DNA of 64,000 nucleotides from Trichinella spiralis (Eukaryota). This document shows, one piece after another, positions 26,063 through 38,964 of the stretch. The stretch's first letter is position 1; each line of letters begins with the position of its first letter. The notes under the pieces are model-generated. The model was not told the DNA's origin. It was given only the letters and a program-made list of their open reading frames with translations, and did no database searches. The position numbers and the translations under genes are program-made. The stretch is taken from assembly GCF_000181795.1 (NCBI RefSeq), contig NW_003526943.1, positions 10,722,789 to 10,786,788 on the forward strand, written 5' to 3'.

Positions 26063-29000
26063 ATGAATCCACTGATTGCGACCGCAAATCAGATGTTGGA
26101 TCCAAAACTGTCCTTGCAAGACCATAGCAATGGCAGTTACAATGCTGACACAGGTTCCACCTATTTGTCACCAGCAGCAATAAGAAGTTCAACTTCAATT
26201 ACCTCCCAAGCTTCGACTACGCCAACATCCGGTGAAGTTCTTTACAGACAGTTGTACAGTCAACCGTCATATCTAAGGTATCAACAACCGGCTAATGATC
26301 TTGTCTCAGCTTTCAACTTTCACAGTCAACTGTCATCAGAAAGCGGTTTATCAACAAGACGAGATGCTACGGCTGAACTGCTAAACGCAACTGCGTCGTG
26401 CCAATTTCTGGGTCCATCATTTTTCAGTCCTGCTTTAGTAATGGGATTTAGTCAACCGTCCGTAGTGGATGACGCTGTTCGATCCACTAGCGGATCGCTT
26501 CGTCCGGATGCCCAAAAAATCTCCATAAAACGTGAAGATGCGCCTAAAGATGTGCTGAATGCCGAACGGACAGTCAAAGCGGCTTATGATCAAGAATGGT
26601 CGTCAGTGTGCCCTAGTACGGCACCGGCCACCTCTCAGCCTTCGGCTTCTTCCTCTTCTGCATTTGCCGTCGAAACAAGCAAAACATCCGGAAGCTGCTC
26701 AGAGGAGTCGAATGATGAAAATGAAGCTTCTGATTCAGGTCTACGATCGTCATCATCTCCTCTACCTGAGGCGCATTCTGGACTGAGCCAGCCATCCGCT
26801 CAAATTTATCCGTGGATGAAGCGTTTTCATTCAAACAAAGGTAAAAATATTGCGCAATTCGGGCAAACGCTTTTTCAAATGTCTTCTTTTCAACACACCT
26901 GTCTATCATTTGTCATTGTTTATCAGCGCGCACTTTTGTGCAAACAAACAGACAATTTTCGGTTTTTATCATGTTAGCAATATCAACAACAAAAGTAGGA
27001 AGTTACTGAGCTTTGTTCAATTTTCACCGCTTTCCTCCTTTACAAAATTATATAATCCACATATATTTGAGAAAACATAAATTTACTTAATCCATCACAA
27101 TAGCACAAATTGCACCCTCGATTTGTATAAAATGCAAAGCATTCTTTTCATTGTCTGCTGCTGCTGCTCTACATTAATTATTACTGTACACAACAGAAGT
27201 GTTTAAGAAATTTAACAGATAAGAAACACAAAAATTTATTTTCATTTCCGCATGTACGTAGTGCAATTATTCATGTACTTAAGAGGATGACAAGACTATA
27301 TTTTTGTAAAAACTATTAATTTTTCAATCAAATTATGCTTTTCATTGCATTTTAATGAGAATTTACATTTGATATGTCTATTTTTACAAATGTGATTATA
27401 TAAAAACTTACTGAAATCAACAGTAAATTAAGTAAACGGTTTATCTATCAGTTGCAGTAATGCAATAATAATTAATTATTACTAGATGCAGTTTTTAAAA
27501 ACGGTTTATTTGATGTTTTTTATGAATCCAAATAGGCAACCCAAATTAATTTGTTTGAATGTGAAGAGAAAAGTGATTTTAAACAGTGTATCAAGAAAGG
27601 CGCATTGACGAAACTGACCCAGTACATGAAAATCAGTCAAGTTATAAGTTTTTATGACAGCAAGCAGACTGATGCGAAATATTTTTTCAATTGACTTTTA
27701 ATCGTTTTTATTACTTTGATGAAGATAAATAATTTTTGCAATTTTTAAAATAAATAAATCAATTATTTATATTTTTAATTCAAAAAAACGCCAAAAATTA
27801 ATTATTAGTTTTATAATTTTTGATGAACATACTTTGTTGTATATTATATATATGTACTGCAGTATTTGCATAAATTGATATGTGCAATTTGTATTTGCAT
27901 TACTTGCATGCTGAGAATGTTTTCCAGTTTTACTACCAAATAGATGTTTATAACATGTTCAATAAAGTGTTTTACTAATAATTAATAAATTTAAGACCAT
28001 TATCAATAAGTAGTATGTAAAAGTGGAGAAATGTTTATATACATATTTTTAAATACACCGGAAGTTGTTGCAGGCTGAAATTTTCAACAAATAATGCCAG
28101 TTTAAACTTCTCTACTTGATCTATGAGTTTTTTTGCTACCAAAAATCAGTGAAATGTCACATTTTTTAAATCTGAGCAATCAGTCAACTTTTTTTTATAT
28201 TTGCCGCTGCGAAGCTTAATTTTCCCCTTTTCAATTAAAAATAAGTTCAGCTTGGAACAGTTTGAAAATAACATCCAAGTAATATTTATTATAACTTAAA
28301 CATCTGTTATTTGCAAATTTTATTAAATGCGTATGCTTTAAAGAGATGCTTCAAACAAGGGAATGCATATTTATAGATATGTAATAGCAATTAATTTAAA
28401 TTATGAAAAAAGAATAAAAGTTAAAATGATGTTGAATTATTTTGCAACTGCTGCATACCATTGACTTCACATTCGCTTGAAATTTTTCATTTCTTTAAAA
28501 ACTTTTTTCATATGAAAATTTTAATTAAGTATCAAATTTGTATATTAATTTCTTATTATATTATAAATTTACATTGCTTTATAATGAAATGCATTCATTT
28601 ATGAAAAACTGCAAATTTTCATAGTTTTGTGTCAAACATTTGGTTGAATCATCACCAGCGAGAAAGAGTATTAAAATAACATTAATATTGCATTTTTAAT
28701 TGTCAGTTTGTTTGTTTGTTTTTCTAAGCAATATTGCAACAAAATATGCAGATTTATTATTCTAAAAATATGAATCAGTCATGAAATCAGCATGGTAAAA
28801 AGTGATTATAAAAAGTTTAGACAAATTATAGCAATGATTAATTGTTGCCGAATTGGTTTAAATTGTAGCTAAATTCAAAGTGTGATTGATTAAAAGACAA
28901 TTCGGCTAGTTTTCATGCATTCCTATAAAGAAATTTTTCAAGGTCGAATTAGAAAAGCTGATATCTGCAGACTCATAAATTTTCCATGTCATTGAAGCAA

Positions 29001-31793
29001 ATTTAAAAATTTTGCAACATTTCAATTGTTTTTCAAAATTAATTGTGCTTATTTGGGCAAAATTATTTGAAATGCTTCTGAAATAGTACATTTAAAATAA
29101 TGGAATAATTTAATTTTCCAAAACAGAAAAACATTCATATTAATAGTTAAAATGCACCGAATTATTTTTTCCTGTATATCTTCTGATTTACTAAAGGATA
29201 CATTTAGCTTTTTTTAAATAAATGATTTAATTTGCATAAAAATGAAAATGTAGTCCAATGTTTAAAATTATCATATTCATATGTGTGTATTAGAAATTTT
29301 TCACTAGTGCTTTGAAAATATATAGTTCGAGTAGAAAATTTATTGTGATGGATTAGACATGTCTGCTGTTCTTAAATCACATTTGTCAAAAACAACCCAT
29401 TTACCCACTGCGCTTTAGTAAAATAGACAGACGGCACTTTTGCTGCATTTTCAATGCACATATTTAAAAAGTTTTCTTTTTTATTTAGAAAGAAATAGAG
29501 CTAGCAGTTCTGTTTTATATTGTATGAACACGTCATACAAAATGCAAATAAGGAACTGTTCGGTTTGAACAATGAAAGCTATCAATTAGCTATTAAAAAG
29601 TGAAAATGTAAAAATTCAATGGCATCTTTTTTAATTTATTAAAAAATTTATTTCTCTAATAATTGATACTAATTTTGCAATAAGCGGTAATGTTATAATT
29701 TAAATTTATGCTTCAGTATGTATAACATGAATTACTGTTGTTGTTTTTAATAAAATCCCAAGTTTTCAATTGAGAATTAGCTCAATTTACACTGCAAGAT
29801 GCAAAATTTTGCATTTTTAAATCAAACGCAAATTTTCTTGTTGCAAAAGAATTTCATAATTAATTTTCCATCTTTATTATTGCACTGTATGTTTACAAAT
29901 GAACTATACCAGTTTTTTTGATAATTCATTTGAAAGAATGTTAAATTTAAAAAATTGTCAATTTTTTTATATTAAACTAATAAATCCTCACGTTTTACCG
30001 CTTTCAAGCATGTAAATCAGGTTTTGTAGTGCTGTGGTAAATTTTTGTCCTTTCTGTTTTCTTACATAGCAAATCAAAAGAGCTTTCTTTTCAGCAAAAT
30101 TAAATTGTGAGCAAGCTTTGCTACGCAAAATTGGTATTTAATTTTTTTAATTAAATTTAAATTTAAGAAAATTTTTTAATATTCGATACTGTTTTTTTTC
30201 TTTGTAAAAGTGTTCTTAAGTTGTTATGAAAGTATTAAAATTAATAATTTAATTGTATATAATAGTTTAAATGGAAATGATTTTTTGAATAAGTTTTGGA
30301 AAATTTCTGATTTGTTAATAATTTCATGATAACACGTTTGTGTGTGTGTGTGCGTGAATCGATCTATTTTTCTTTTGTTTCATCATAAAGAGCCGTTTTT
30401 AACAGCAGCAAGTGGGGTAGAATTTTTCCAAAAGGCGGCAGCTTCTTTGCTAAAACGTTTATCAACAATTTCTTTAGCTTCAGCTAACTAGCTGTAGCCG
30501 TGTGTCCATTTGTCATCTGGCATCAATGACTGATGGCCCAGAACGTTTGCATAAAACGCGAACGCGTTTTTGTCGCAGTTTGATTGATTTAATTCGCATT
30601 CGCTTTTCAAAAGCTGAACACCACAAGGCTCGCCACGTTGACATTTTTAATATGTTTGCTTTGTTTTGTCGACTTCAAGCACGGCAACTAAAAAAGAGCG
30701 GCTTCTGTTTCAAATAAGCTAATTCAAAATTAACTAGCAAAATCAACCACAACCGTGTGTGTGTGTGTGTGGTGCATCTCTTTTGACGTAAACAAATGAA
30801 AACATTTTGAAAAAATTTTCAAAATTCACATCTTAATTTTATTCAATAAAACCATTCAAATTCCACTATACACAATTACATTCTTATTGTTCTATCAATT
30901 AGTTATTTCTCTAGTCGTTCTCACTGTTTTTCAATGAATACTTGAACCTGAAAGTCATTTAATTTTATTTTATTTTAAATATACTTCTAATGGTGATTAA
31001 TAATTTGAAAAGAAATTACAAACTTACAAATCGAATTTGTCCAATTTTACAATCCGTTTTCAATTGAAGTTATAATTAAATTTTCACAGAAAAATCTGTT
31101 GAAATTTATACCATTTTTTAATTTTAATTTATTGCTGATAATTATAATTTTATCTGAAAAACTTTCTGAAGCATAAATTTAAACTTAATTTTCACAATTT
31201 ATGATTTACGACAACAAACCCGCAAATTTTTAACTGTAATGAAAATGACAATCAGGTTCAAATGTTATATAGCTAACAATTCATGATTGAATTCAATTGA
31301 GTCATCATTTAGATTGTTTTTATTTGTTTTATTGTAATTTCAAAGATAATTCTGTATTGAAAAAATCAATTATTTTCTTTTCTTAAATTTAGTCAATGGT
31401 TCAACGGACGGAAAGCGTCAGAGGACAGCTTACACACGTAGCCAAGTGCTAGAACTGGAAAAAGAGTTTCATTTCAACCGCTATTTGACCCGTCGTCGAC
31501 GTGTTGAAATTGCGCACACTTTAGATTTAACAGAACGTCAAGTTAAAATTTGGTTCCAAAATCGCCGCATGAAGCTCAAAAAAGATCAAAAAACTTTACA
31601 ACCATCTGCGTTCAGCTCTGCTGCCATAAGCAGCATCATCAATCCGTTGCAGATGAACCATCTAACCGCGGCAGCAATGCATGGAACGAGGCCAGGCGCC
31701 AGTTATTTGTTCAACGTACCCTATGACATGCAAGGAAGTTTAAACTCCAATTGCCCTGGTGCGCAAGGTCCAAAAATTTTTTTACAAGACTGA
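26063..31793 (+). CDS. lin-39: Hox protein, lin-39-like (paralogy group 4/5, Dfd/Scr class), 2 exons, 392 aa
   Basis: Exon 1 (26063-26840) ends with the hexapeptide region [14 protein letters not shown] 4552-nt phase-1 intron follows. Exon 2 (31393-31793) gives [67 protein letters not shown]. Hox identity is secure; the lin-39 orthology is inferred from [19 protein letters not shown]. Confidence 0.9.
30339..30771. promoter_or_regulatory. Candidate intronic enhancer in the lin-39-like gene
   Basis: A relatively GC-rich block bounded by two (GT)n tracts. It contains TGATTGAT (30581-30588, Pbx/Hox-type) and TGTCA (30511, Meis-type on the reverse strand). Confidence 0.35.
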
Positions 31794-32529
31794 AGAACCA
31801 ATTCTAAATATTCCTCCTCTCAGTTCCATCTTCTGTTTTGCAAACTCTTTTCTTATAATTTGCTATTCTGAATATCTCTGAAATTGATCTCTTTCTGATT
31901 TCGTTTTTCTCTTTTGGTTGCTTTGTGTAGCTTACATCAGCCAGTTGTTTACTAGCTTTAATTGAGCAAATTTCGAAGCTGAACTATGGCAAAAATTGCA
32001 GTATTATACATTGAAATTATACCATGCTAATGTAAAATTGCATTTAAGTTTATTAAAAAATTTAACTATTGTATTAGCTTTTCTTTTTCAAGTCATATAT
32101 TTACAATTTGAAAAATAATTTTTGATTTTATTCTATCATATTCAGTTTCAAAATTATAATTTCATAAATTATCAAATCATTTGTTTTTAATTTTCCATTA
32201 TTTAATTTCTGAACAAAAAATATTCAACCAACAGTTTGAAAAACGTTGAATTAAAAATTATAACCAGCAATTTTACTTCAAAAATCATAATTCTATTTAT
32301 ATTGTTCAAATTTTATATTCCATTGTGCAACTTTTTATGAAAAAGTTTCAAAATTATCAAAAACTTTAAAGCCATTAAATGAATAAACAATTGGAACTAA
32401 ATTGCTGAAAAATCAACAAGAAGAAAATGTTTTCTCGTATACCGCCGTCGTTATAGATAAATTGAAATAGAAAAATGACTGCATTTTCTTGAAATTTGCA
32501 TATTTAAATATAATTTTGCAATGGAATGT

Positions 32530-35500
32530 TCACTGCTGTTCATCACTACTTAGCTGCCTGAAAGAATCAATCAAAGATTCTGTAAATCTTCGCACGTCGT
32601 TAAAGCTGTTATAAATATGCACTGGCGTTATTCGTAAAACATCCGGAAAACGCATGTCACACTACAACAGAAAAAATCTCCATACAAAAATTAAAATTGA
32701 ACGAGAAATTCAAAAATTTACAACAACGCCTCGCTTTTGTAATTGATCATAAACATCGCTGAAGTTGGCAGAAAATTTAAGCGAAAGCTGACATCCGCGT
32801 TGTTCAGGATCCTGCGGAGTGATCACTTCACAATAAATTGGATTCTTGAGAACGGTTGACATTTTTCCAAAATAATAATTCACCAAATATTCCAAATAAG
32901 CCGTCAATAACTTTGATTTCTGTCTCAGCGTTTGCATCGATGTCTTTCCATATATCTGCAAATTTGTCACATTTTAATTTTACTGAGAGAAGTTTAAATT
33001 TCATAATTAAAAAAAATGAGTAAATAAATTTATTTAAAATTGACAATTTTTCACTTTCAGACTGGCAATCATGGGGCACACCAACAGTGCAGGCGGATGA
33101 CTAATGCGATACGCTGAACAGTCGTGTGGAAATTTCATTTCTGAAAATAAAAAACTGCTTACAATAAATTATACTTTTTCGTCTTTTAGAAAAGTAACTT
33201 CCTCATCAAATAAACAAGAAAACAGCTTCCAAAATTAAACATCCCTAAGGAAATATTGTAATGAAAAATGATTTACCATTTCATTTACTGAAAAGAATAT
33301 TACTTTGAAAAATTCAAATAATTTTCCAATCAATCAACAAAACTTTCATTTTTTTTTCAACTTTACACTTTTCAAAGTCTAATTAAATGTTTTTTTTCTG
33401 CAGTTTTCTCTGTTTCCATTTTCCTGTTCCTAATAATATTCAAAAAGAAAGATCCGAAAGTTTTTGCACATCAATTGATTACAATTAAATAATTATTTTT
33501 ATTGTTAAACGTTTCATTATAGAATCTATAAGAATTCTAAATCTGAACCGTTTGTCATCTCCATGCGGCTCTCAGCTTCATGTCCCCACCAGCCCCAAAG
33601 AGCCGGTGGATATGAATCGAAATTGTTTTCGTGTATGAACACTATACTCAAACCTCCGCAACCAGAATTCAAATATTTATAAGAACACCAAGCAGCAAAA
33701 TCAACTTTCCATTCATGGAGATTTAAAGGAACGTTTCCTGCAGCATGAGCTAAATCCCAGCCAACTATGCAACCCTAAAAAAGTCGTTTTTTCACCACCA
33801 TTTGAGCTGAACTAAACACTTCTCTTTACAGTATTTCTTAAATAAATTTGTAATATAAATTTAAGAATAGAATAATTTTTAATATATAAGAAATAAAATA
33901 TATTTTTAAAAGAAATATCACGTATAGAAATAAATGCAATTTATTTACTTGCGCTTTACCACAAGCAGTAATGCTAGGTATATCAAAGTATTGTCCAGTG
34001 TAATATTGAACACCGCTGAACAACACTAACGCAATCGACTGGCCATTCTGAGATATATAATCCAAAATATCTTCAGTTCGTAAGCAATGTTCATTCTAAT
34101 AAAAACTGCCCAAGTTGAAATTTAATATATAAATGAATCTCTTCTCACTATTTTATCATTTCACACATTTATACATATATAATTTAAAACTTTATCATCA
34201 ATATTAAATATTTGAAAAATTTTAAGACACGTAACCATAAAAAAATATTTCATTGTAAATATAAACAAATACTTGTCGTGGTTGCAAAACAACAACACAT
34301 TCTTCAGGATCAAAGCCATGAAAACGCACTTGTGAATGGACAGCGTACTAAACAGAATAATTATGGCTCTTAATCAATGAATAATGTACATTTTAAAAAA
34401 TCATTCAGTTCAATTATTCAATTACAATTCGAAACCCATACCACCTTCATTACAATGATTCACCATCAGCATGCAGAAGTTCTGTAACAAACAAACTTGT
34501 ACAGCTTCATTTATTAATCAATTAATTTACAATCAGAAAATTATCTTACAATTTTATATTGAAATGTAATATTAAAATAAATGTATACTAACAAAGTCTG
34601 ATGGAAATGGTTTGTTCTCCAAAAGGATCTTCTTTCTTGATGAAGTTGGTCTGTAGAAAGCAGCCTTGAAATAGAAATTACGTTGGTTGTTAATACGATT
34701 CAAATTTTCCTATTTCTCAACATCTTTATAAATTTTAATTTAAATAAATGCATTTTTTAAAAAATTTCATAAAAAATATTCAAGCATCCTAATTTTTTTG
34801 AAATAAATGACTGTACCGTATTCTTTCAGAATCGGAATAAATTTTATTATTTAAATAAAATGTAAATAATCTTTCAACAGACCATCAATAGATGAAGATT
34901 AATCGTCAAACTGTTCATAACGGCAACTTCACACTTTTTGGCGCCAACAAGAGCTGCATTTGTATCCAAAACGAATTCATCACATTTCGCCCAAGGCATC
35001 TTTCCATTCGTATGGCCATGAACACCCCTTTCAAAGGTAAAATTTTGTTGATTTGACAAAATAATTTCCATACCTGGCATACATTTTCGCCCATTTATCC
35101 AACTCTTCAGAAATATACTCCTGAACATCTTTTGGCTGAAGGCCCAAAGAGTTGCCACACAAATAAATTGCATCGCTTTCTGCATCGACCAAATTTAAAT
35201 CAACTAAACTAACAACATCATCGTTATTATGCCAAAAAAAGAAATTCACTGGATAAAGAGGAATATATTGCTGAAGAATATTAACTCCTTTTCATTTTTA
35301 AAAACAAGAAAAGTAATGCCACAAAAGCTTCACTTATGCTATTTAACATTTTGTGACAAAGAAAATGGCAGACATACCTTTTGGTAAGTCACTCATCTTT
35401 GGATATTTAAACATTTTTCGAAAATGACTTAATTCATCAACTGAATCCAAAAATTCGGCAAACTCAGCATCTGTAACCTTTAAATTTTGTTGCTGAGCAA

Positions 35501-35567
35501 TCCGCTCTAACTTCGCTTTCATTGTTTCATCCTTTTGTTCCAGCATAGCTTTTCCAACGTAATTCAT
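32530..35567 (-). CDS. KYNU: Kynureninase (PLP-dependent), multi-exon
   Basis: Motifs in order: [89 protein letters not shown] (PLP lysine), [20 protein letters not shown] and [23 protein letters not shown]. Stop TGA at 32532-32530. Confidence 0.95.
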
Positions 35568-36678
35568 TTCAAATTGAAATCTAATTTACAAGTTTTTATT
35601 ACATTTTTATATAAAAATTACAACAAATGTAAAGAAAACTAAATATAGTATATAATCTGATGAAATTCAAACATCTTTATTATTCTGTTGAAGAATTAAA
35701 ACATACCAAATTACAAGAAAAACACCCTCAAGTGATATATTATTATAAATATTTTATATATTATATTGATTATATAAACATATTTTTGACAGAATTTGAT
35801 ATTGCTTATGAAATTCAAAAACTACAAGTTAAAAATGCTGAATTACTTAAATTATTACAAAATTTACGATTTTTCATGATAAAACAAATACAAAATGACA
35901 TGAATACAAAATGGCAAAACAACCGTCAGTATTATATAGTAATACGAATTTCAAGTAAATTTTACAGTAACCTAAAACAGCTTATTTGAAGAACGGAATT
36001 GTTTTTTCATAATATTTAAAGGAAAAACAATGGATGTATATTTAATTTATTTATAACTTTAATTTTTTGTGCAATCGGCATTAAATTAAAGTGTATTTGA
36101 ACCCATTTATGCAATACTCAGCAACGTAGCCGTTTCTAGTCTTATCAAATAAGTTGTGCGCAAAACATAAAATAATATTTGTTTTCAATATAGTTACGGA
36201 AAATTAAATATGAAAATTTAAACAATCTTTTTCCGCTTTTTTCACTTACATCACTTATACGCACTTTTCGATAAAGTATTCCTCAAGTACACAGTTTTAA
36301 TTCACTTTACAGGTTTACAGGTTTTTGAAATAAGATGTACTTTAATCATGCAACCAAGCAGTCCCGACTGCTCTTCTCTTTAACATAAAGTACAATTTAT
36401 TCTCATTTTTGCTTATTAACATGTACGTTTTTTACAATTTTGTAAGTGTGCCTATAGCATTATCGCAGCCTATAGCATCATACTAATCATGTAAATTTCA
36501 CATTTTAATAATTAAATGCACAACTGAATATATACAGATTTTTCAATTAGAAGCTATGCGTTGCATAACCTTACAATAAATTTCAGTGAACTGAAAGAAC
36601 AAGTGTAAAAATAAATACACAGAAGTATACAAACATACAGTTGTAAAACTACCGCGAATGATAAAACAGTACTTGACA

Positions 36679-37623
36679 TCAATCTCCATCAGAATTTGGT
36701 TTACACACAGTAGCATCAATTTGAGTAACCTGTGGTAAAGCGAGCATCACTTTGCGTCGGTAATTAACGTCCCTATGATCAAAGTTGTTTTCTTCAAAAT
36801 AAACAGTTCTCAAACTTGGGCAGTTGGCTAAAATGGATACTTTTTCAACACTGTCCAATTTGTTTTTATTAAACCAAAGTTCTTCCAAATTCGTCAAATA
36901 TGACAAATCGCACAATTCTTTTATATTGTTTCCACTCACATCTAAAGTACGCAACTGTGTGCATTTCTCTAAACCTTCGATGACACTTATTCCATTGTCA
37001 CTTATGTAAAATTCTTGGAGATTAACACAGTTATCTAAATTTTCAATTTTCTTAATCCAGTTACATTGAATGCTCAGCAACTTCAGATTAACAAGTGAAT
37101 CCAAATTCTCAATTTTCGTCAACTTATTCGATCCAACAAAAAGATAATTCAAATTTACAAGAGAATTCAAATTTTCCAACTTGCGAATTTTGTTGTCTCC
37201 CAGTTCAAGCGACTTCAAATTGACGAGCGTGTCCAAATTTTCAATCTTCTCAATGCGATTGTGAATCAGGAAAAGATGTTTCAAATTTGTGAGTGCAGCC
37301 AAATTTTCAATTTTTCGAATACGGTTGAAAGACAAATCTAAAGCTTCAAGCATGGCGAGCTCTTCTAAATTTTCAATCTTTGGAATCTGATTGTTGTACA
37401 AATCCAATTCAACGAGTGTATTTCGAAGGCAGCTTAAGTTTTCAATTTTCGTCAACAAATTGTTCCGGTAAGATAAAGTTCGTAATTGTTTGAATCGGCT
37501 CAAATTGCCAATCTTCTTGATTCGATCGAATTCAAAATTCAAATCCGTTTCATCTTCGGGAATATCTTCACATTCTTCAGGAACCACTTCAGATACTGCG
37601 CCTTCTTCTACCGAGTTGTTCAT
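36679..37623 (-). CDS. sds-22: Protein phosphatase 1 regulatory subunit 7 (SDS22), LRR protein with intronless coding region
   Basis: A single 314-aa ORF of SDS22-type LRRs (LELGDNKIRKLENL, LDLSFNRIRKIENL) with an LRR cap (YRRKVMLALPQVTQIDAT). Confidence 0.92.
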   Translation of the reverse strand: MNNSVEEGAVSEVVPEECEDIPEDETDLNFEFDRIKKIGNLSRFKQLRTLSYRNNLLTKIENLSCLRNTLVELDLYNNQIPKIENLEELAMLEALDLSFNRIRKIENLAALTNLKHLFLIHNRIEKIENLDTLVNLKSLELGDNKIRKLENLNSLVNLNYLFVGSNKLTKIENLDSLVNLKLLSIQCNWIKKIENLDNCVNLQEFYISDNGISVIEGLEKCTQLRTLDVSGNNIKELCDLSYLTNLEELWFNKNKLDSVEKVSILANCPSLRTVYFEENNFDHRDVNYRRKVMLALPQVTQIDATVCKPNSDGD

Positions 37624-38922
37624 AATTTTATGAATAACTTATCCAAATAAGCAACCACTGAACTACCTTCTAAAAGCACGTGAAGAACTCACAACAATTT
37701 AACTAACAATGAGCACGTATCATACAGTAAGATAGTATATTTGAACATCAGGTTTTATTCGACAAAAAATATCCTGAAATGCCAATCACAAGAAAAGGTC
37801 GAATTTCCTTGAAAAAAATCCCCTTCATTTTATATTTACGATATTTTGACAATTAATAGTGCAAAAATGATGGATGACTATTTTTTGGTTTTATCCTGTT
37901 ACTGTTGGCAATGTTTTAAAATTTATTTTATTTACGTTTGCAGGCGGTGATGCAAGATTAACAGTTTAATCGAAAAATACTGACAAACAAAACTGTTTAC
38001 AATTTTTAATATTTTTTTCATTTTAAAATTTAGGAAAGTTATTAATTTTTTGAAGATGTTTTTTAAAACATTAAAAAATTATTTTAAAGTTTTTTTTTGA
38101 ATTTAGAAGAAACAGATATTTTTTGGGATTGAAAACAGTGAATGATTAATTTGTGCTGATTTATTACTGATTTGCAGTTGCGTTTTTTATGATAGAAAAA
38201 GAGCACATGAGAAGGAAAGCAGAAATGTAACACGTGTTGCATTTTGAATTTGTTAACAATTTATGGACTGAATAAATTAATTTTTGCTCAAATTGAAAGT
38301 GCTTTTTTAAAATTGTTATTTCCTAACTTGCTAGTTTAGATACACTAATTTTATTAATGTGATATGATTGAATTGTTTCATTGGAAAAATTGGCCACTCG
38401 ACTTAATACTGCTTGACAAATGAATGGGAGTCTGTGGAAGGTGATGATTCATTTGTCAGTTTTCGCCATTTGAAATGTTTCCAAATAAAAATTTTATCAA
38501 ATACAGTAAGAAAATTTGAAAGCTTCTTTTAACCGTTTATGTTTTGTTTTTCATATTGTATTTTCTAAAAGGTTATACATGAGAAAATGAGAATGAGGTC
38601 ATTTTGGAGGCAGACGGAAATCAAGTTGCTTTGATCAAGATCAGGTCGAGGCGACCAGTCGGATGTTGCTTCAGGCCAATGCCCTGAAGAGCCGCTGTAT
38701 GCGCAGGTCCATCAAACCTCGTAGCAGCAGGCTCGGTTGGTCGGTGAGGTTGATCAACGCTGACAAGCTGCCCGCAAAGCCGCATTAGCCCTCAACTAAG
38801 CTGGATGATTGTTGTCCTTTCTCCGTACAAAATAGAATTATGTTGCCAACAATCAACAACTAGAACCTGTTTTGACGGACAAAAATATGTGTAATTTATT
38901 TTTGCCCGCAGTTATGATTATG

Positions 38923-38964
38923 ATATATATATATATATATATATACACGTGTGTGTGTGTGTGT
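38923..38964. repeat. Compound (AT)n-CAC-(GT)n microsatellite
   Basis: An uninterrupted alternating purine-pyrimidine tract, read directly from the sequence. Confidence 0.95.

Noticed and set aside
35660..35989. 109-aa ORF between kynureninase and SDS22
   Set aside because: AT-rich, Y/I/K-biased translation with no homology cues or splice structure.
38662..38724. Short frame reading EEPLYAQV (EPIYA-like phosphotyrosine motif) upstream of ASPP
   Set aside because: There is no in-frame ATG, stops lie close on both sides, and no splice path to ASPP is convincing. Probably chance.
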